Assembly (NCBI GenBank): GCA_001661245.1 | Contig: KV454013.1 | Span: forward strand, 962,502 to 1,026,501 | Direction: 5' to 3' | DNA length: 64,000 nucleotides | Source of the DNA: Pachysolen tannophilus NRRL Y-2460 | Taxonomy: Eukaryota | In this document: positions 23,772-36,582 of the stretch, in pieces | How positions within the stretch are numbered: position 1 is the first letter of the stretch | Layout of the letters: each line of letters opens with the position of its first letter | Translations under genes and position numbers: made by a program | The notes under the pieces: model-generated | Database searches by the model: none | What the model saw: the letters and a program-made list of their open reading frames with translations, nothing else | Told to the model about the DNA's origin: nothing

Positions 23772-26700
23772 TACGTTTTGATTGGCTATTGGCTAAAAAA
23801 AAATCAGCTGCAGATGGAAAACACTGAGCGAGACTTGAAGAAGAAGAAACCAAAAAAAAAAAAAAAAAAAATTAACCTTTAATGGAGGGGGAAAAAAAAA
23901 AAAACTAATATATCATTTGAAAAGGAATTTCGAAAGATAAATTAATTTACAAGTTACCTTGTGATTTTATTATATATATAATTTTTTTTTCAAAAAAAAA
24001 AAAAAAAGACTTAATTCTGATATTGGGACCAACTAATGAGAAATTGATAAGAAAAGTTTACTTAATAAAAGCTCATGCACAATTATGCAACTAAAGGTGA
24101 CTAAAATAAAAGTTTATTTTTTAGTTCTGAAAATAGGCATTTAGTTCGGAAAGTAAAATAATAACAGAAATAAAGTACATTCACCATGTCCAATAATCGG
24201 AGTGGATATAGATCGATTAATTGACTTGAGCATTTCCAAACATTTATGTTAAGCACTTTTATTTTAATTATAAGTATATAGATAGTTTCTAAGGTTCAAA
24301 AGTTCTAAAGTTCTGAAGTTCTAAAGTTCTAAAATTCTAAGCAAAATAGAGCACTAGTAAATGGGGCTTTATTCAATAATACCTCTCTGTCTTATATTTA
24401 TTCACACTACTTTTTAAAATGTATAGTACCAAGATCTATTTAAGTATAAAACAAATATGGCCCCACGTTCTAGTGCTCTTTATTTTTTAATCTAGACATT
24501 TTAATGGAATTGTGGTGATGAAATCATTGAATTCTTTTTTATCTTGTTTTTCTGACTAAAAAATTACTCATTAGCAATTTTTGATTGTTCGGACTTTAGA
24601 TAGTATGTAATACATAGCTCATAAACTTTCCATTTATCCCCATACATTTACAATGAAATACGTACGAATTAAAAATCATGAAAAAAAAAAAGAAAAGTAA
24701 AAACTTGTGCGTATTCGAATAGAGTTATGAGCTTGATTGATGAGTAGATCATTGACAAAACACAAAGAAAATATTAATACGGCTGTTCAACAAACAAACT
24801 TTGATTTTAAAAGAAACGAATTGCTCTGTTACGAGATTAAGATTACGGATTCCTTTCTTATTAAGATGTAGAAAATTTTTTTTTTTTTTCATTTTTTTTT
24901 TTTTTTTTAATGCCATTTCTTAACTCCTATTTGATTTGATTTACAAAGATCTTTCAAGTTCTGTTAACTTTAATTTAATTTTTAAGAATAGGCATTGGTA
25001 ATAATAATCCAGAATCTATGGGCTATGTACAAAAAAAGAAAAAAAAAAATAAATTGTTTATTTCTCCATAAAAAAAGATTGGAAACAAATAAAGATTTTC
25101 AGTTAAGTTGAGTCTTTCTTTGTGACGATGATCATATTAAGTAATAAAATTATTACTAAAGTTTCTTTTTTTTCATATATCTTTTTTCGTCTAAAAACCA
25201 AATAGAGTTTGTGGCAGTTAACAGGACACAAGGGATTAAAAGTAATTATAAAAATTACAGTTAAATGCATATTCCAGCCAGCTATAAAAATGGGAAAAAA
25301 AAAAAAAAGGATGTGAATAGTACCAATATGTTAATTTTGCTTTTTCAACCGTAATTAATTTTATTTTTTTTTATTTTTTTATTTTATTTTGTAACTTATC
25401 ATTAATATGACCTTTTTCTAATTATTTCGTATAGTGTTAATCAGTTAATCATGTTACATTGTATCTTGTAACCTTTTTTTTTTGAAACAGTTTCTACCAC
25501 TTATACAATCTCTACTACTATTATTATCATTACATGAGCCGGATGTCGTAATACTTTTTCCTGTAGACGCTAATGCATAATCGTTACATAGAACAGATGA
25601 ATTGTTTATAAACTTTATTATTTCACTTATATAAAACCGGAAATTTAATAACCATCCTCTTGAACTTACAATTAAATTTCAAAAAAAAAAAAAAAAAAAA
25701 GCTAATTTAAAATTAATAAATAATTATGATATTAGTTAATTATTTTAATTATTTTTCAGTATTATATATATATATATTAAGATTTAAAGTTAATGTTTTT
25801 TCTATTTTTTTTTTTTTTTTTTTGATTAAGTAGATTAACTGTTTTGAATACAGAAAAATTATAATTCAATTTTCTATTAGTTTTTTTTTTTGGAAAAACC
25901 TTGTGATGTTAGTATTATTGTAATTCTTTAGTACTTTTGTTCTTTAGTACTTCTTCCGATTGATAGAAGTATACAGTTTCTATCATGACTGCAATAGTGC
26001 TCTTGCTTTTGCTTTTGCTTTTCACCGTTAGAAGTTCTACATAATAGTAAAACCGTTAAAGATTATTTTAATGAAAATAATTAAATTTTTTTTTTTTTTT
26101 TTTTTTGGGAAAAGTTAATTAAAGATTCAATTCTACCAAGAGCAAGTTAGGAAAAATGCAAATTATGGATTGTATATTAGGTACATTAGTTAAACTCTTT
26201 TCTGCAATTCAATAAAGGTGAGTTAACTTTTGATCTTCAGTAAACTCTTTCTCTTTCATGTTTTTTTTTTTTTTGGTCATTTTTCGTAATTTAATCGGAT
26301 ACATAAATTAAAAGCGGGGAATAATCTTAAAATAAAATTATGAAAGATGAAATAATGAATATCATATTGGTTGATTCTTTTAAAAAAAAATGTGAATAAT
26401 TTGATTCTGGAGTTGTGTAAATGGTTTCAGTTTCAAAATCTCTGTTTCCATTTGATAAACCAATAGATCACTTTTAGTTTGAGGCCATAAATAAAGAAAG
26501 AAAAAAAAAATTTTTGGGATAAGGTAACCCATACAACGATATCTATATCTAGCACGAACCCATAAAATATTATAGATCGTAGAAATTAAATTGGTTAAAA
26601 AAATAGATAAGAACGGATATACATGGTTTTGGTTTTAGATGCATTTCTATTTCTTATTTTTTTTTTTCTTTCTTTTTTTTTGCCTCTTTTCTTTTTCAAA

Positions 26701-27311
26701 ATAACATTAATCAAAATGTCTCTATTATAAAGTAAAGCATGAAACAGATCTAAAAATTTCTATTTGGAGGCTGATTTTATTAGTATTAAAGATTTTTGGT
26801 ACTTGGTATTGAAGTTAAAATAGAGTGTACGTAAAATATAATAAATATTAATGAATAAAGTAGATCTTTGAATTGGATGTGTGTGTGGGGTTTTTTTTTG
26901 TTTTTTGATTTTTTTGTTTTGACCTTATTGTATAAAAATTAAAACTTCATTACAAGTAAAAAGAAGAATAAATAGAAGTAGAAGTAGAAGCCCCAAATTG
27001 ATTTCAAAAATCTTTAATCACAGTTACGGAGCCGAAAATGTTCATATTATAGATGCGAGTAAATGTTAGATGGGTCCGCCCTCCATATGGATCTCAATTC
27101 TTAATTAATCACCAATGCGAAATCTTTCCTGCAATTGAAACTTTTAGTTCAACTATATTTATTAAGAAGACATAATGTTTTAAAATTACCTACATAATTT
27201 CTATGCATAAAAAATAAAACTTACAGCTAACAAGTATAATATTATTTATTAGATTTTCATTTTTAGTTATAGGTTTTTTTTGTTATACAGCCAGCCGTTC
27301 TAGTGGCAGAA

Positions 27312-27369
27312 GGAGAAGAAGAAGAAGAATAAGAGAAGAGAAGAGAAGAGAAGAGAAGAGAAAAGAAGA
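27312..27369. repeat. Polypurine (GAA)n/(AAGAG)n microsatellite
   Basis: Read directly. Confidence 0.85.
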
Positions 27370-28376
27370 TAGAGCCAAAAAACAAAAAAAAAAAAAAGTT
27401 AGAAAACTGAATATTATAGATTTTTCAGAATGTAAACAAAGACATAAATAATAATAAAAAAAAAAAGTTACTAGTTATTTTTAGGCTATCTTCAGAATAG
27501 ACTGATAGTCTGGTTAAGATGGTTTAAACCATGATTGGTTGTTATACCCTTATTTTCCCTGCTTGGACAATTTTTTTTTTTGTTCTTTAACAAAAATGGG
27601 TTTTAACTTTCAATCCAAACCTTTTTTGTACAAAATAGTGGTTGCTATGATGTCCTCAACCTCGTTGCATTATTTGGAGTTTTGTTTAATATCTAATTAA
27701 ATAAAAATTAATAAGATAAGGGGCTAAAGATGTGGTGCTAACTAAAAATCTATCACTTGTGTCTAATAATGGAAAATGCATGATATTATAATTAGATGCA
27801 CCACAGTATCAAACAATATCTTTTAGCTTAACTTCTAGAAGATAAGGAATTTTCTAAATTAATAATTTTTCTTATTTGCAAAAAAAAAAATAAATAAAAA
27901 AATTAAATTTCAAAGTCCTATTCAACAATCCATGTTATCCACGGATACATGATGATGATGATCATTATGTCTAGATAGATCATAATAAAACTAAATCCAA
28001 TTATAAAACCATATCCTTTAGTATGAATGTAAAGTTCATTAATTCCTTAATTTTTTTTAAATAATTAATACCGAGGCCGATTATCAAACTAACTCATCCA
28101 TTCTCTTCACCTTCTATCGCTCGTTATCTTTAATACCGAAAAAAAAATGAAAGAAATAATCAAATTTCCTAAAACAGAATTTTGTATTTTAGAAAACGAC
28201 CAAAATAGATTTTAAGATTTTTTTTTTATTTTTTCTTTCTAAGTATTTTTGATTTCGTTATTCTTTAATTTTAACAAGAATCAAAACAAGACAAAACAAG
28301 ACAAAGAATTGATTGTTTAATGATTTTTTTTAAGTTTCAAATAATTCGTTGTATCTATTAGTTTTTTTGGTATATA

Positions 28377-30641
28377 ATGGTTGATGTATCAATGCGGAAG
28401 AGCAGAGCGCCCAAGGGTGATTGGCGAAATATTCCGAAAAGCAATGGTGAAACAAATAATGCTAATCCATATGCTGGGTTGACTTCATTAGGTAGAGCCA
28501 ATTATTATAACAATGGTAATAATATTAATGATAGTATTAATGATGCTGATACTTCCGGTATCACGATTAATGAAAGTGGAGGGGATTTGCAAGCTGATAA
28601 TATAGACAAGGCAAGAGTTCATAGGAGATTTTCTGTTAGATTAAATGGACCTCAACAAGCTGATTTAACGAGTCATTTACAGCATCCATTGCCGATGAAC
28701 TCAGGGGTTTTGGTTCAACAGCAGGCACAGCAGGCACAACAGCTACAACAGCCGCAGCAAAGACAACAGCAATGGCAACAGCAGATGCAGCCGAAGCAGC
28801 AGTCGTCGATGTTGTTACCGCCACAGCAGTTTCCTCTGCAACTGTCTTCTTCTTCTCCTTCTCAGGCCCAAACTCTTACAGTACCGGATCTCAAACCAGC
28901 ACATAAGAGACGTGTTTCTGCTTCGAATGTTCAACCTGATACTAATGATGAATTTGCAATGTTGTTAGATCTGAACTTGGATGCAAAAAGATTTGTTGCT
29001 GATAATTTATCAAATGCTACTGCTATTAAGATAGATGAATTTACCAAGAAATTAAATAATTTAAATATTAAAGTTGATGAAAATATTAAAGAAGTTATTA
29101 ATCAAAGTTTAGAAAATTTATTGAAAACTTCAAGAGATTTAGTAGAAACTGAAAATGATATAAAAAATTTGAAATTAACATTTAACGAATTGAATGATAC
29201 TATTCAAAGTATGAAACAATCTGCAGAATCTGTATTAACATTAGCTGAAGATCAAGTTTCTTCACCTTCAAAAATTGGAAGAAAACCAAAAAGAGATAGG
29301 AGTAGTGTCTTGGTAGTACAGAAACTTTGGGATAGAGAATTAAGAAGTTTGTTTAATCATGTTGCTGGTGCACAACAATTGATTTCTCCATCACCAGGAA
29401 GGCATATTGTTGCAGAAAGTGGTAGGTGGTATGAAGTAAGTTCTACTACATGGAAACCTTTACAATCAGCACATATTTTTTTATTGAATGATTTAATAAT
29501 GATAGCTACAAGGAAAAGACCTAGAAATGATGAAAGTGAAAATGGTACTAATGGTAGCATAAGTAAGTCTCAATCATTAGTTGCAAGTCAATGCTGGCCT
29601 TTAAGAGATGTTAAATTATTTGATCTTAAAAAATCGAGTCGTTCAAAAAATAATGATGGTGATAGAGCAGATTTTTTCACCATAACAATACAATATAATT
29701 CAATGAAATATGTTTATCAAACAGATAGATATGATCATTACGATAAAGTGATAACGCATTATAGAAAAGCAAAAGATGAATTACGCAATTTATTAGAAAT
29801 TGAACAAGAAAAATCCCAAATTCCTTCAAGAACTACTTCAATGAATCAAAAAAAATCTTTTGGAAAAGAGAAAAGATCATCGGGAATATTGAGTAGTACA
29901 CATTCTCGTTCGAAAAGTTTGGATATCTTGAAAGATGCTGCAATTTCTGGAATAAAAAGTCTTGATGATCATATTGATGAATTAGATATAAATATTGCTC
30001 GTCACAAGTATGATAGAGCAGTGACTTTGTTTAAATATGTTGAAGATGAAGTAAATAAATACACAAATAAAATTGATATGAATAATCAATTAGAAGAATC
30101 TGTTCAATTATTAGAAAATTTGAAATCAAGGTTACGTAATAGAAAGGAAATTATTAAAAATAATATTATACGAGAATTTGAATATGATAAAATTTCTAAA
30201 GAAGCAATAATTGATTACGTTTCATTGTTAAAAAATTTGGATTTGTTGGTCTTAGGAAGGACATGTTTCTTAAATTCAAGGACAAAATTAATAAATAATT
30301 TGATTTCCAAAGTTGAAATTGATGGTAATATCCCACAGTATATAACACAGATTTCAATAATAAGATTTCAAATTATTAAATCAGCGGTACTCATATTCCA
30401 AGAAATGTTTGCTGATGAAATCAAAGAAGAGACTTGTTTTTTAATAGATTGGTGTTTTAATGAGGTTAAAGATCATGTTAAATTCTTGAACCAACAACTC
30501 CATGGAGTCAATTCCAATAGTACAGCTTTTGAGAAATCTATAAAGGTAATTCAGAGACAAGTTGAAAATTTGAAAAATATTGGAGTTGATGTTGAATTCC
30601 TATTAGATGATTTCTATCATTATTTTGACAAGAATCAATAA
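28377..30641 (+). CDS. EXO84: Exocyst subunit Exo84
   Basis: RDRSSVLVVQKLW, LFNHVAGAQ, PGRHIVAESGRWYE, TWKP and HIFLLND (PH domain); Vps51-like N-region. Confidence 0.92.
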   Translation: MVDVSMRKSRAPKGDWRNIPKSNGETNNANPYAGLTSLGRANYYNNGNNINDSINDADTSGITINESGGDLQADNIDKARVHRRFSVRLNGPQQADLTSHLQHPLPMNSGVLVQQQAQQAQQLQQPQQRQQQWQQQMQPKQQSSMLLPPQQFPLQLSSSSPSQAQTLTVPDLKPAHKRRVSASNVQPDTNDEFAMLLDLNLDAKRFVADNLSNATAIKIDEFTKKLNNLNIKVDENIKEVINQSLENLLKTSRDLVETENDIKNLKLTFNELNDTIQSMKQSAESVLTLAEDQVSSPSKIGRKPKRDRSSVLVVQKLWDRELRSLFNHVAGAQQLISPSPGRHIVAESGRWYEVSSTTWKPLQSAHIFLLNDLIMIATRKRPRNDESENGTNGSISKSQSLVASQCWPLRDVKLFDLKKSSRSKNNDGDRADFFTITIQYNSMKYVYQTDRYDHYDKVITHYRKAKDELRNLLEIEQEKSQIPSRTTSMNQKKSFGKEKRSSGILSSTHSRSKSLDILKDAAISGIKSLDDHIDELDINIARHKYDRAVTLFKYVEDEVNKYTNKIDMNNQLEESVQLLENLKSRLRNRKEIIKNNIIREFEYDKISKEAIIDYVSLLKNLDLLVLGRTCFLNSRTKLINNLISKVEIDGNIPQYITQISIIRFQIIKSAVLIFQEMFADEIKEETCFLIDWCFNEVKDHVKFLNQQLHGVNSNSTAFEKSIKVIQRQVENLKNIGVDVEFLLDDFYHYFDKNQ

Positions 30642-30899
30642 ATAAAACAAAAAACCTTGGAGTTTTCAAGTATCTGCCTATCAATTGTAGTCGTTACCGT
30701 AATAGTTATCATTGTAGTTATCGTTGTTGTTGGTTGTTGTTGTATCTCTCTTTATATACGACTCATTATTTGGTCGTATAAATCTCCTCAAATTAGTATT
30801 GTATTTTTTGGGTTGGCATCCATATCCAATATCTTTATAATTTGTTTGCTTTTACTTTACTCATCTATTAATTTTCAGAAAGACATCAAATCGGAATAT

Positions 30900-33137
30900 A
30901 TGTCGGCTAAATCGACTGTATATTCACAGTCTTTAACAATGGACTCCACTTTATCTGCGACGTCTATATCGTCTGCGAAATCACCTATATGTGCTATGTT
31001 TTTATGTAAATTTGATGTCCGGACGGGATATAAAATTGAATGGTCTAAAACAATTAATAATAAAATTTCATTAAAAGGTTTGGAATTTAAATCATTACCG
31101 AGTGGTTTACATAGTATTTCAAGAGATGTGATTGCCTTTATTCAACAAAGTGCATCTGCTGGCGGTGTTCAGGATGAAAGAGATAATGGTAATGAAGGGA
31201 GGAGAATAGAGGGTGATAATAATAACGTCTTTTATGATGATGACGATGATTTGTTCAAGAAAATTTCTTATGGTGTTTCTGTTTTTCATCAAAATGCAGC
31301 TGATGGTCATGATAGTATTAAATCAAGAGCAGATGTTAAGATGTATTCTTTAGGAATATTGATTGATCCAGATTTGAACAGCGAGTTTAATGCAAAATCT
31401 AAATCTGTTTCTAAAAAATTATTTGATAAAATTTCTCCTACTTGGAGACCCATAGTATTCACCAGTGGTTGGGAGTATATTGATGATTTGGATAACATAT
31501 TGTTGGATTGGATGAATCAAACTTCGAGTAATAAGAGCAGCAATGATGATAAGAGTGATGGTAAAGCTGATAATAGTACCAAAAATCAAGGTGTTTTATC
31601 AAAATATATGATTTTTGAAAAATTCTTCAATAACAATAAATTACTAATGCCTCCCTCGGGTGCAAATAGTGCAGGAAGTGATTCAGTGATAACGAAATCT
31701 TCCACATTGAATAATCATTATAGTGCATCATCTTCTGCAGATAAGAGAACTAATAACACTAATAATAATACCCCTTTCCATGTTCATCACATGTTATTAG
31801 CTTTGAAATCATTAATAAAATCTCTTGGACCTTTGATTTTTAAAGTTTGGAAATTAGCTTTATTGAGGAAAAAATTAGTTCTTCATAATTCATCAACTAT
31901 TGAAAGAAATTGTTGTTATATTTACTGTATATCTGTATTATCCACAATTCCTAGAGAGATATTACCAAGTTTAATATCTAGTGGAGCGAAAAATTTTGAA
32001 AAATTACAATATTATCAGCCATTGTATAATATAGGTATCAATGATATTGATTATGTTCAAAAATTGATTACTAGAGATCCAAGTTTAGGTTTTATAGCTT
32101 CTACTACAGATGAAATTTTATTATTTAAGGTAAATCTTTATGATTATGGTATTAGATTTCCAAATAATATTGAAAGTGATGATGAAGGTACTTCTTTGAG
32201 GAATGGTAGTATTTCTCCTGAAGGTGAAAAGAATAATGATTTTCTTCCGCATGTTACTAGTTCTCTTGAATATGAGCCTGGTCTGAAAAGAAATACCAAT
32301 CATCCTATAAGAGCTACTCAAAGAGATTATAGAAGGTTTAAAATTTTAACAAATGCTTTCAAGATATATGATATAGAAAATTTATCAAGAAGCCATAATA
32401 ATTTGACAAAAGATATTAATGATTTAGAAATGACTAAAAAATGGTGGTTACAAGTTTCGGAACCAGTTTCCTGGAAAGAATATGCATGGAAAGGGTTTTC
32501 ATGGTGGGCAACCGCTGGAGAGAATGATAGAAGTAATTATGGAGAAGAAAGTGATAGGCAAGGTTTAATTACCATGATGGATCATTATAATGTGAATAGT
32601 AGTTCAGATGAGAATCTGTATGAAGGGCTACACTCTAGAATTAGCTCATCTGGGGAAGATGGTAAAGGAGATTTAAATGTTGACATGATTGATTCTTTAA
32701 ACATTGTTGGGTATTTCCAAACAATGACAAACAAAATTTTTGAAGTTTTGATTGACTTGGTGAATAACCATGAAGAAGGTAGCCGTCATGGAGACAGGAG
32801 CAACAGCGAAGAAGATGAAGGTGATTCAGAAGAAGAACTGGAAGGCCCAGCAAATGCAGATGACGATTACGTTGAAAACGAAGAAGAAGAAGAAGAACAA
32901 GATTTGCTAGGGGATATAAGTGGTGCTACTCAAAACAATAACAATGGCAATAGCAATTCTAATGGCAATGTCGAAAAGTCACAGGAAACTTTATGGATTG
33001 ATCCTAGTGATATCTATGAAATGGGTTTGGATCCTTATAGTTCTTCAGATTCTGAATTTGTCATTGAGTTGGTGAAGGTTTGGTGGGGGAAAGAGGCAAA
33101 AGTAGGCTCATATTTGGGAAATGTCTGCTGCTTTTAA
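30900..33137 (+). CDS. ANR2: Anr2/LCHN (DENND11-like) protein
   Basis: MFLCKFDVRTGYKIEW, LEFKSLPSGLH, ATQRD, GFSWWATAG, MGLD and Cys-rich C-terminus VCCF; ATG at 30900. Confidence 0.8.
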   Translation: MSAKSTVYSQSLTMDSTLSATSISSAKSPICAMFLCKFDVRTGYKIEWSKTINNKISLKGLEFKSLPSGLHSISRDVIAFIQQSASAGGVQDERDNGNEGRRIEGDNNNVFYDDDDDLFKKISYGVSVFHQNAADGHDSIKSRADVKMYSLGILIDPDLNSEFNAKSKSVSKKLFDKISPTWRPIVFTSGWEYIDDLDNILLDWMNQTSSNKSSNDDKSDGKADNSTKNQGVLSKYMIFEKFFNNNKLLMPPSGANSAGSDSVITKSSTLNNHYSASSSADKRTNNTNNNTPFHVHHMLLALKSLIKSLGPLIFKVWKLALLRKKLVLHNSSTIERNCCYIYCISVLSTIPREILPSLISSGAKNFEKLQYYQPLYNIGINDIDYVQKLITRDPSLGFIASTTDEILLFKVNLYDYGIRFPNNIESDDEGTSLRNGSISPEGEKNNDFLPHVTSSLEYEPGLKRNTNHPIRATQRDYRRFKILTNAFKIYDIENLSRSHNNLTKDINDLEMTKKWWLQVSEPVSWKEYAWKGFSWWATAGENDRSNYGEESDRQGLITMMDHYNVNSSSDENLYEGLHSRISSSGEDGKGDLNVDMIDSLNIVGYFQTMTNKIFEVLIDLVNNHEEGSRHGDRSNSEEDEGDSEEELEGPANADDDYVENEEEEEEQDLLGDISGATQNNNNGNSNSNGNVEKSQETLWIDPSDIYEMGLDPYSSSDSEFVIELVKVWWGKEAKVGSYLGNVCCF

Positions 33138-33501
33138 CCATGCTCTACACTTATTTAGCACAACAAACAGCAACAGAAACAGACTTATACAGAGACACAT
33201 ATAGAGAAAGACCTTCTTGTCTTATTATCTATCATTTTTTTTTTTAGTTAGTAGTTTGCTCCATATCAAATTAATTATATCCCAAAAGTATGTTGGAAAG
33301 TTGTTCCAACACTTTTAGATGAAAAGAAGTTAACGATTATTATTATTATTATTATTGATAAATAGGTATCTTGTATTATAGTAATAGTTAGTAATAGTAA
33401 TAGTAATTGGTTGGTTTTTTTTTTTCTTTTTAATTTTTCCATTTTTAAAAGTAAAGTAAAGAAATATTTATTTATAAAATTATTGAATCAGAGGAAATAA
33501 T

Positions 33502-34314
33502 ATGTCGACATCTATAAGATCTTCATTTTTGAAAAGGTTTCCTAAACCTTCAGCTGTATCATTTGATGCTTTTGGAACTTTATATACACCAAAAGAATCA
33601 ATTTATTTACAATATCATAAGATTGCTAAAAATTATAATATTGATGTTCCAGTAAAGACAATTAATGAAAATTTTGGAAAATTTTTTAAAGAATTACAAG
33701 AAAAATATCCAAATTATGGTAAAAATCAAGATTTAAATGCAGAAAAATGGTGGGGGAAACTTATAACTCAAATATTTGAAAAGGAGACAAGGGATGGGAA
33801 AGTACCAAATGAATTAATCAAGGCGTTGTTAAATTATTTCACTAGTAAAGAGGCTTACAAAACTTTTAATGATATTATTCCATTTTTAACAAAATTACAA
33901 GAAAATAATATTCCATTAATAATAGCTAGTAATTCTGATGATAGATTAAAATTGATTATAGAATCATTAAAATTGAATAAATTTTTTCCAAATGAAAATA
34001 TTTATTTATCTTATGATATTGATGTGGCAAAGCCAAATCCCGTGTTTTTTGATAAAATATTAAACAACCTTAGTTCTAAAACTGGTAAATCAATTGAAGA
34101 ATTAAAGAAAAATTATTGGCATGTTGGAGATAATTTTAAATTAGATTATGAACTGGCAAATAAATATGGATTAAACAGTATTTTAATCGATAGAAATTTC
34201 GAAACTGGATTTTTAGGTAAATACAGCTCAAATAGTGACTACAGAATCTTTAACGAAAACCAAATAGTCGCAAGCACCTTTAACGGATTGGAATCCCTCT
34301 ACAACTTGACCTGA
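33502..34314 (+). CDS. HAD-superfamily hydrolase (YMR130W/HDHD3-like)
   Basis: FDAFGTLY, SNSD, KPNP and WHVGD motifs. Confidence 0.85.
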   Translation: MSTSIRSSFLKRFPKPSAVSFDAFGTLYTPKESIYLQYHKIAKNYNIDVPVKTINENFGKFFKELQEKYPNYGKNQDLNAEKWWGKLITQIFEKETRDGKVPNELIKALLNYFTSKEAYKTFNDIIPFLTKLQENNIPLIIASNSDDRLKLIIESLKLNKFFPNENIYLSYDIDVAKPNPVFFDKILNNLSSKTGKSIEELKKNYWHVGDNFKLDYELANKYGLNSILIDRNFETGFLGKYSSNSDYRIFNENQIVASTFNGLESLYNLT

Positions 34315-34878
34315 TTCTATATTATATATATATCTTCTTTGTCGTTGTCGTTGTTTCTTTTTTCTTTAAAACTTTTGTTTCCATAAATAGATCATCCACC
34401 CGCTAACAAATTTATAGTAACATAAAACAGTAGTGCGCAAATCAACCAAAATTCCAAATTAAATTTTTTTTTTTTTATTTTGTCCAAGCGATGAAGTAGG
34501 CTTAAACCAAATTCTTTAAAAACTAAACAAGAAAAGGTGTTTAGTTTTAAATATCTTTTATTATAATTGAAATAAAAAAAAAATCGTTATTTATAGTTAT
34601 TGTCGTTGCTGCTCGTTGTTGTTGTTGTTGTTGTTATTGTTGTCGCTGTTGCTGCTGTTGTTGCTATTGCTGTTGTGGTATTTTTCATCTATTACTTGCT
34701 CTTAGAGGAAGTTGTGACAACTAGAAATAAGGTCTTTCTTTGTAAAGAGACAGATGAGATTTTTTTGTAATATAAACCATTTAGACAAATCAATATAAAA
34801 AGATAAAAAGATTGGGTTTTTTTTTTTTTTTTTTTTTTTGTTGGAGAAATAATAATTGGAAAGAAATATTAAAAAAGA

Positions 34879-36225
34879 ATGAATTTGAAGATAAAAACTT
34901 TATTATTCACTTTAATGTGGGTATTATTTTCAGATGGGCTTACATTGGATGAAACTGATGAAGATTCTATATGTTATGCCGTGTCGTTAGTGGCTGATGG
35001 TATTATGGATTATTATGAAGGAACACAATATGGTGGTACTATTGGTATTTTCCAAGAACCATATTATTGGTGGGAAGCAGGTGAAGCTTGGGGAGGTATG
35101 ATTGATATGTGGTATTTGTGTGGTAATGATACTTATGAAGATACTATTAAAGCTGCATTAATTGCACAAACAGGTTCAGATTATGATTATGTTCCTTCTA
35201 ATCAATCTATGACTGAAGGTAATGATGATCAAGCTTTTTGGGGGTTAGCTGTTATGCAAGCCACTGAAAGAAATTTATCTGATCCTACAGGGGATACTCC
35301 AGGTTGGTTAGCTTTAACACAAGCTGTTTTTAATACTATGTATGATAGATGGGATACTTCATCTTGTAATGGAGGTCTTAGATGGCAAATTTTTACTTGG
35401 AATTCAGGTTATGATTATAAAAATAGTATTTCTAATGGAGGTCTTTTCCATATTGCTGCAAGATTAGCAAGATATACTTCAAATGATACTTATGCTGATG
35501 TTGCTGCAGAAGTTTGGGATTGGGTTGTTGGAGTTGGATTTTTAGTTTTAGATAGTGATCTGTATGTTATATTTGATGGTGCTGATACTGGTGATAATTG
35601 TACAGATATTGAAACTACTGAATGGTCTTATACTTATGGATTATATCTTGCTGGTTGTGCCTATCTTTATAATTATACAGAAGATTCAGAATGGGAATTA
35701 AGAGCTGCATATATTTTAAATGGTGCTTCTTCATTTTTCAATAATTCAATCATGTATGAAAAAAGTTGTCAACTGAGTGGTAGTTGTGATAATGATGAAA
35801 GATCTTTTAAATCTGTTTTTTCAAGATGTCTTGGTTTAACTTCAACATTAGTTCCAACTTTAACAGATACAATAAAAACATTATTAGTCGCGTCAGCAAA
35901 AGGTGCTGCCGAATCATGTTCTGGTGGTACTGATGGTCATACTTGTGGTTTGAATTGGTTTTATGGAAGCTGGGATGGCTGGTACGGTTTAGGTGAACAA
36001 ATGTCAGCTTTAGAAGTTTTCCAAAGTTTATTAGTTAAATCTCCATTGACTGCTGATACAGGAGGTACTTCTACAGGTAATGCCGATGCTGGTCAATCTA
36101 CATCTTCAAGTACAACTTCTTCTAATGATATAACCGTTGAGAAAAAGGATAAAGTGGGCGCAGGTATTTTAACAGCATTCGTGCTAGCTATTTTGTTTGG
36201 TGGTTCTATTTGGATGATTTTATAA
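34879..36225 (+). CDS. DFG5: GPI-anchored GH76 mannosidase/transglycosidase Dfg5 (Dcw1 paralogue)
   Basis: PYYWWEAG, EGNDDQ, CNGGLRWQIF and LGEQMSALE; signal peptide and GPI-type tail. Confidence 0.88.
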   Translation: MNLKIKTLLFTLMWVLFSDGLTLDETDEDSICYAVSLVADGIMDYYEGTQYGGTIGIFQEPYYWWEAGEAWGGMIDMWYLCGNDTYEDTIKAALIAQTGSDYDYVPSNQSMTEGNDDQAFWGLAVMQATERNLSDPTGDTPGWLALTQAVFNTMYDRWDTSSCNGGLRWQIFTWNSGYDYKNSISNGGLFHIAARLARYTSNDTYADVAAEVWDWVVGVGFLVLDSDLYVIFDGADTGDNCTDIETTEWSYTYGLYLAGCAYLYNYTEDSEWELRAAYILNGASSFFNNSIMYEKSCQLSGSCDNDERSFKSVFSRCLGLTSTLVPTLTDTIKTLLVASAKGAAESCSGGTDGHTCGLNWFYGSWDGWYGLGEQMSALEVFQSLLVKSPLTADTGGTSTGNADAGQSTSSSTTSSNDITVEKKDKVGAGILTAFVLAILFGGSIWMIL

Positions 36226-36582
36226 TAAGGAAAAAATTACAAAAAATACAAAAAAAAAAGAAAAACAAGAAAAAAACCCACCAGAAATCAACAACGTAAA
36301 GTTTATATTTCTTAATCTATTTTATTATTCTCATATATTTAAAAAAAAAAAAAATTTTTGTGACATTAAATTGTCTTCTTATAAAGTTAGTTCAATGCAT
36401 AGATTACAGTTTTGACTTACTTTTTTGTTTCTCTTTTTTTTTTTTTTTCTTTTGTTCGGATTTAAATGTTTGGTTGGTTTCAAAGTTCTTTTACATTACA
36501 CTTTGATCCAAAATAAATAAATTTAAATAAATAAAATATTTAAAAAAAAAAAAAAAAAGAAAGATGTAAATCTAGTAAATGA

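Noticed and set aside
21727..27119. 13-mer AATCACCAATGCG at 21727 and 27107
   Set aside because: A single short match containing a generic CCAAT; plausible by chance.
30657..30899. Hydrophobic N-terminal extension of ANR2 in the track
   Set aside because: Starts at TTG and translates T-rich intergenic sequence; the first ATG is at 30900.
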